A stretch of 64,000 nucleotides of DNA from Escherichia phage FFH2, in the sequence record KJ190158; one strand, 5' to 3'. Position numbers and translations under genes: made by a program. This document shows positions 63,179-64,000 of this stretch, one piece after another. How positions within the stretch are numbered: the first letter of the stretch is position 1; the number at the start of each line of letters is the position of its first letter. Under the pieces are notes generated by a model that was not told where the DNA came from, made no database searches, and worked only from the letters and a program-made list of their open reading frames with translations.

Positions 63179-63223
63179 ATCACGTGATAGGTGGATTTTA
63201 TCATAGCAAATACTGATTGTCAA
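63179..63223 (-). promoter_or_regulatory. Sigma70-like promoter (-35 TTGACA 63218-63223, 17-nt spacer, -10 TAAAAT 63195-63200) with palindrome ATCACGTGAT (63179-63188) in the leader
   Basis: Consensus hexamers; 10-bp perfect palindrome between +1 and RBS of gene 62828-63166. Confidence 0.5.
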
Positions 63224-63512
63224 GTTCGCCGCAGGGTGGTATTCCCTGCGACTTGTCCAGCGTCCTGGACCAGCAAGACCCAACAAGTGGGTTACCAGAG
63301 GCCTATTACCAGCGCTTCGGCTCGACCTTGTTACAGGTTGGCTGGGGTCACATCGTCATGTGCTGGCTGCCCCTACCATTTTAAGTGTGGTGCACTATCA
63401 AGCCCTCTAAGGGGAACTCAGCCTTCTCCGAACCCTGTTTCAAAGCATCCAGAGATAAAGCCATCAAATTCATCTTTAAATTGGATATTCATCATGATAC
63501 ACGAAAACAACC

Positions 63513-63755
63513 TCATTGTAAAGCACAAATAAATAAAACATACTTAATTTGTTTGTTATCAGGCTCAGGGTAGAAGTAGAAGATCTTGCTATCACCGATC
63601 TGAACACCACCATCCCAACAACATAGCCCATAACCTGTATTCATACAAGCTAAGTCGTTGGCAAAATCTATTGCATCATCCAGTGCACGAAATTCACCTT
63701 CATCTTCTAAATAATCCTCATTCATGGAACGAAAAACGAGCTTAACCTTAAACAT
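63513..63755 (-). CDS. Hypothetical protein (80 aa)
   Basis: ORF with GAGG upstream and sigma70-like promoter at 63807-63835. Confidence 0.4.
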   Translation of the reverse strand: MFKVKLVFRSMNEDYLEDEGEFRALDDAIDFANDLACMNTGYGLCCWDGGVQIGDSKIFYFYPEPDNKQIKYVLFICALQ

Positions 63756-63806
63756 AGCATTACCTGTAGACCTCGTAAGTTAAAATTGTATCACATCATA
63801 TTGCAG

Positions 63807-63835
63807 ATCTTATCAGGTAACATTATTTTTGTCAA
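63807..63835 (-). promoter_or_regulatory. Sigma70-like promoter (-35 TTGACA, 17-nt spacer, -10 TAAGAT)
   Basis: Upstream of gene 63513-63755; -35 overlaps stop of the partial upstream CDS. Confidence 0.45.
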
Positions 63836-64000
63836 CAGATTCCGGCCTTATCTCGCCTGTCTGTGTATTCTTTAATCGCAACCTCATCTGCATTAGTGAC
63901 CAGGTCTTCAAAGTAACTCTCAAGCTCCTCGTCAATGTCAGGAGACCAGCCCTTTTTCCTGTCAGTGTGAATCGCAGACTTGTTAAACTTAGTACAGTTC
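63832..64000 (-). CDS. Partial CDS, C-terminal 56 codons (N-terminus beyond window end)
   Basis: Open minus-strand frame from window edge to TGA at 63832-63834. Confidence 0.3.
   Translation of the reverse strand, partial: NCTKFNKSAIHTDRKKGWSPDIDEELESYFEDLVTNADEVAIKEYTDRRDKAGIC

Noticed and set aside
63191-63532. Plus-strand ORF 63191-63532 (113 aa)
   Set aside because: Overlaps the promoter and start region of minus-strand gene 62828-63166 and has no RBS; likely spurious.
1-64000. CRISPR array, integrase, transposase or IS element, rRNA
   Set aside because: No regularly spaced short direct repeats, no recombinase or transposase-like ORF, no rRNA-like conserved stretch; the only sizeable repeat is the 329-bp tandem duplication.

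Overview
This 64-kb window reads as a contiguous piece of a large tailed dsDNA phage genome, myovirus-like, with no host genes, rRNA, CRISPR array, integrase or IS element recognisable. All calls come from reading the sequence and the supplied six-frame translations; no database search, HMM or tRNA-finder was run. Layout: (i) 1-13.7 kb is a divergently transcribed accessory region whose two arms (minus 1-6602, plus 6679-13638) leave a back-to-back sigma70-like promoter pair at 6643-6713; it encodes a GHKL-type ATPase, a secreted SleB-like cell-wall hydrolase, a MoxR-like AAA+ ATPase, a vWA protein with an HExxH motif, a HAD-like phosphatase and many small unknowns. (ii) 13.7-61.5 kb is one minus-strand morphogenesis block: giant fibre, two paralogous receptor-binding proteins, baseplate, tape measure, chaperone pair, tube, sheath, major capsid, scaffold, portal, large terminase and a spanin pair. 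(iii) 61.9-62.7 kb holds six tRNA genes plus one atypical 99-nt tRNA-like gene. (iv) 62.8-64.0 kb holds small minus-strand genes behind consensus sigma70-like promoters. Best candidates for something undescribed: the early locus where the GHKL ATPase is translationally coupled to the secreted hydrolase, with a MoxR ATPase and its usual vWA partner split across the divergent promoter; and a 329-bp tandem duplication at 19179-19843 that creates a chimeric fibre ORF. Functional names for most structural proteins rest on gene order, size and composition and are provisional.
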